Source: Amoebophrya sp. A120
Lineage: Eukaryota > Protista > Dinoflagellata
Length of the DNA stretch: 64,000 nucleotides
Direction: 5' to 3'
Assembly: GCA_905178155.1 (NCBI GenBank)
Contig: CAJINV010000009.1
Coordinates: forward strand, 558,001-622,000
Below the pieces are notes generated by a model. It saw only the letters and a list, made by a program, of their open reading frames with translations. It made no database searches and was not told the origin of the DNA. A program made the position numbers and the translations under genes. Of this stretch, positions 60,701 through 64,000 are shown in pieces (positions within the stretch are counted from its first letter, which is position 1; the number at the start of each line of letters is the position of its first letter).

Positions 60701-63700
60701 ACGAACGTGAAAGTCCCGACCGATTTTCTCTACGACAACACCGTCTCCACCGACAACAAGATCGCGATTGAGTCCATCGCCGAGGTCACGCCGGACTTCA
60801 CTTCCTCCTACGAACAGCTAGAGAAGGAATTGGCGCGCCGCGACACGTACGAGCAGCACGAGTCGGACAAGGAAGTGGAGGAGGGAAGGGAGAAGCAGCA
60901 GGTGCTTGCGCAGCTGAAATTTTCCAAGGCCTACAGCTACGACAGATCTCTACTGCACCAAATCACGGTGATGGAAAGACTTCCACTAAGAGGGAATAAC
61001 TTGAACAGCTACAAGTTCTCGTCGGAATCGGTGGTGCAGAAGTACGACGCCTTTCTCGTCGCGGCCGGAAAGATGGGGCGCGGGATTTCGGAAAAAGTCG
61101 AGCTAGCCTGCATGAACATCCCGTCGAAGCCGCTGAGTGTGCGGGTTTCCGACTACGAACCGAACGACCGCCGGTATGTTCAGGTCGATTGGGACGAGCC
61201 GGCTTCGGACGGCGGCTCGCCGATCACGGCGTATGAGGTGTTTGTGAACAACAAATTCGCCGTCCGGACGATCGTGACGCGGGCTTTCATCCCCATCGCG
61301 AAGTTTTTCCAGCACGAAAAAGCCTACGAAATCGTCGTTACCGCGTTCAACGCCATGAATGACGCAGCGATGCGGACGGGGGACAGTCTGCCCGACGAAG
61401 ACGGAATTCTGTTCAATCAGCACGACCCGGCGCACGCGGAAGGCAGAGACTACGCCCCAGCAGTCTACCCGGCCGCGAAGCAGGTTCCGGTCAAGGACGC
61501 CCCTTCGGGGGATCGCAGCCGCGGGCTTTCCGCGTCAGATCCCGTGGCCTGGTACGCGATTCTGCGGCAGACGATCAAGGCTCCGAAGGTGTACTGTGCG
61601 GATTTGTCGGAAAACTATCTGAAGATCAATTTTGAGACGGTCCGGGTGGATGGCGGCGTGGAAACCGCGATTTTCGAGGTTTATGTCCTGCACTTCGAGG
61701 CGTCTGCGATTCGCGAGCGGCTGATCTACTCCGGTCCGAGGAACTACGTGGAGCTGTTTCAGCTCACTGAGGGTTTGGAATACAACTTTCGCGTGCGCGC
61801 GAAGCTTGGGAGCGATGGCCTGTGGTCGAAGTTCACGGAGTTCGCGCAGGCCCCGTGCGGCTTGCCGTCCGCGCCCACGAACTTGCGACTCGAGCTCTAC
61901 AACCGGTCCACGGTGAGCCAGGAACTTTTCGAGTCGAAAGGCGTCCACTTGACCTGGTCGCCGTCGCGTGAATCCAACGGCTGCAAGGTCGATCGGTACT
62001 TGATTTTCGGCATTCACACGTACCGGCCGGACGCGAAGGAGCTGCTGTTCACAAGAGACGAACGACACAGCCACTACCGTGAATTCCTCGGCTTCACCTC
62101 GTTCAACGAGTTCTACTTCACGAACGACGACCGGGTGCGGAAGGGGGAGTCGTGGCAGTTTGCCGTGTTTCCGGAAAACGCGAGGGTCCGGACTGGGCAG
62201 GAACAGATTCTCCCCAAGTTGAAGATCTACCACCACTATCCGAACGCCCTCAAGTTCGACTGGGCGTATTTGGACGACAAAACTTACTACGCCTTCGGCA
62301 ACAGCTATGTAAAGACGAGTAAGAAGCCCGCGCCGCGAAAGGGCGTGGCCGGGTCGAACGCGAACTACTATGACACGCGGCTGAAATTCGGCGAAAACAT
62401 CCTGAACGAGCAGCCGGAGGGAATTCCCGCGAACCTCGGCGCGCAGCCGTTGTCGGACCCGGTTTATGCCCAAGTTTCCACGGTGCAGGCGCTCAACACC
62501 GGACTGGCAGAAACCGGCTACGTGCACCCGGGCTTCAACCAACAGACGTTCGAGCGTCAGTGCATCGCGATTCCGGAGAAGAAGAGCTGCGGCACCAATA
62601 TCGAGTCGAAATACTCGGAGAAGATTGTGTTGGATCGCAACCCGGACGGGACGCCGTTGCGGGTCCGAGAGATTCTCACCAACGGCATTCCCAACCACGA
62701 GTACGACAATGCCGTCGAGGAGACGAATCCGACGCTGGCCTGCGAGCAGCCGACAAAGTTCCGGCTGCCTCTCTACCCGAAGGTCGAGTACCACGGCATT
62801 CACACGAAGGTGGGCGAGATCACGGGGATTCTGCGAACGGGAGGCTTTGTTCTGAACCACCGGCAGCAGCACAACCCGACCTCGACGTTGGAGAAGACAA
62901 CGAAGGGCGTCGCGATGCACATCTCGGTCGAGGGCAAGCTCCTCGACACCTGCAACGCGCACAGCAACTACTACTGCCACTACGGCTACCACTCGTTCGT
63001 GAAGCGCGACGAGTGCGCGCCGGACTGCCAGTGGCGGCCGTGCAAGTTGATCGGGTTCATGCTGGACGGGTTCCCCATCTATTCGCAGTGCCAAAATCTG
63101 AAGTCCTGCTACCACCTGAAACTGGTGCAGGAAGACGGGGTGTACGGCGACTCGATCTCCGACTTCGTCTACGACCCGGTCGGCGAGAGGTACGGGAAGC
63201 CGTGCGACCTGGACGACGCGAACGGCATGGACTTCACGGGCAAGGGCATTCTCGACAATTTCGGGGTCGAAATCGCGGGCTACGCGTACGTGGCGACGGA
63301 CGAGTACCCTTTCGTGCCCCCGATGTTCCGCGGCGTTCCGGTGAAGTACGGGAGCGTGGATTACCACGACATGGACGACAGTCGCGACATTCCGTGCAAC
63401 TCGCCCGTGCTGTGCCCGAAGGACGTGACCGCGACGGACCACTTCAGCGACGAGGAGCTCGCGGTCGCGATGACGCACGGCTGGACCAACGTGACGGACT
63501 ACTACCCGCTGCGGTACGAGGACCACGATTCGTACCTGATGCCGTACGTGGTGCCCACAAGCTCGCACATTTCGTCTTCCGGGGTGTTGTCCACGACGAA
63601 AAATTTGCTCCCCTACCACGGCGAGTCGGTTCCGAGTCCGATCGACTACTACGTGCTGGGGCAGCAGCTGGATGACGCGTTCAACCAGCAGTACACGTGG

Positions 63701-63901
63701 CCCGTGCCGGCGCACAGCGCGGTCACTCTGGCGCTGCTGCCGGACGCGCCGCGGAACGTGCGAAGGGTGTACCCGCCGGACACGTTCGCCACGGAGTTCT
63801 GCACGTTCGAGAACCTGATGAACTACAAGGTCGAGCCCTACACCGTGCCGGTCAACGACAGCAGCTGGAACTACTTCAACACGATTGAGTCCTCGAACAG
63901 C
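57789..63901 (+). CDS. Exon 18 of giant protein (FN3 repeats, Pro/Ser/Thr linker, second YHYH-like domain ~62560-63340); gene probably continues past the window
   Basis: ORF 57437..63910 from LPPSNAC onward; WDEPASDGGSPITAY; NGIPNH...YGYH...GFMLDGFPIY...CDLDDANG. Stops mid-FN3 at candidate donors gtatgg (63902) or gtgaga (63907). Confidence 0.88.
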
Positions 63902-64000
63902 GTATGGTGAGAAGGAGGGAATGGGGTGGTGTTTCTTTGCATATACTTTGTACGGTGTCAACACGTGCCGGATCAGCACGACGGCGCTCTCGGAGTCGAA

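Noticed and set aside
4303-63979. Many long minus-strand and alternate-frame ORFs (e.g. 6721-8289, 18583-20058, 61535-63979)
   Set aside because: They shadow the main exons and are expected from strong GC3 codon bias; no recognisable domains.

Overview
Eukaryotic (protist) genomic DNA. The intron architecture resembles what I recall for the parasitic dinoflagellate Amoebophrya (Syndiniales); that assignment is inference. Almost the whole window is one + strand gene of at least 18 exons (about 2023 to beyond 63901). It encodes a probably secreted or surface protein of more than about 16,000 aa built from FN3, filamin/Ig-like, PA14 and YHYH-like domains plus roughly 45-50 copies of an unrecognised two-Cys repeat. 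Thirteen introns are short MITE-like 'introner' elements. They have TA(T/C)...ATA terminal inverted repeats, 5-bp target-site duplications and a shared internal GCAT(G/T/C)ACAAA motif, and are removed in frame with NT...AN ends. Two large introns hold clusters of apparent Pol III genes. Intron 13742-18353 carries U6, a very short SRP RNA with no recognisable Alu domain, 8 tRNA-Gly, 4 tRNA-Lys and an orphan ~145-nt RNA. Intron 54150-57788 carries a tandem array of 6-7 diverged copies of an unrecognised ~220-260-nt structured RNA. Six copies sit behind the same ~45-bp upstream element as U6 and SRP and end in a T-run, and the family shows compensatory base changes and a conserved kink-turn. This RNA family is the best candidate for an undescribed system.
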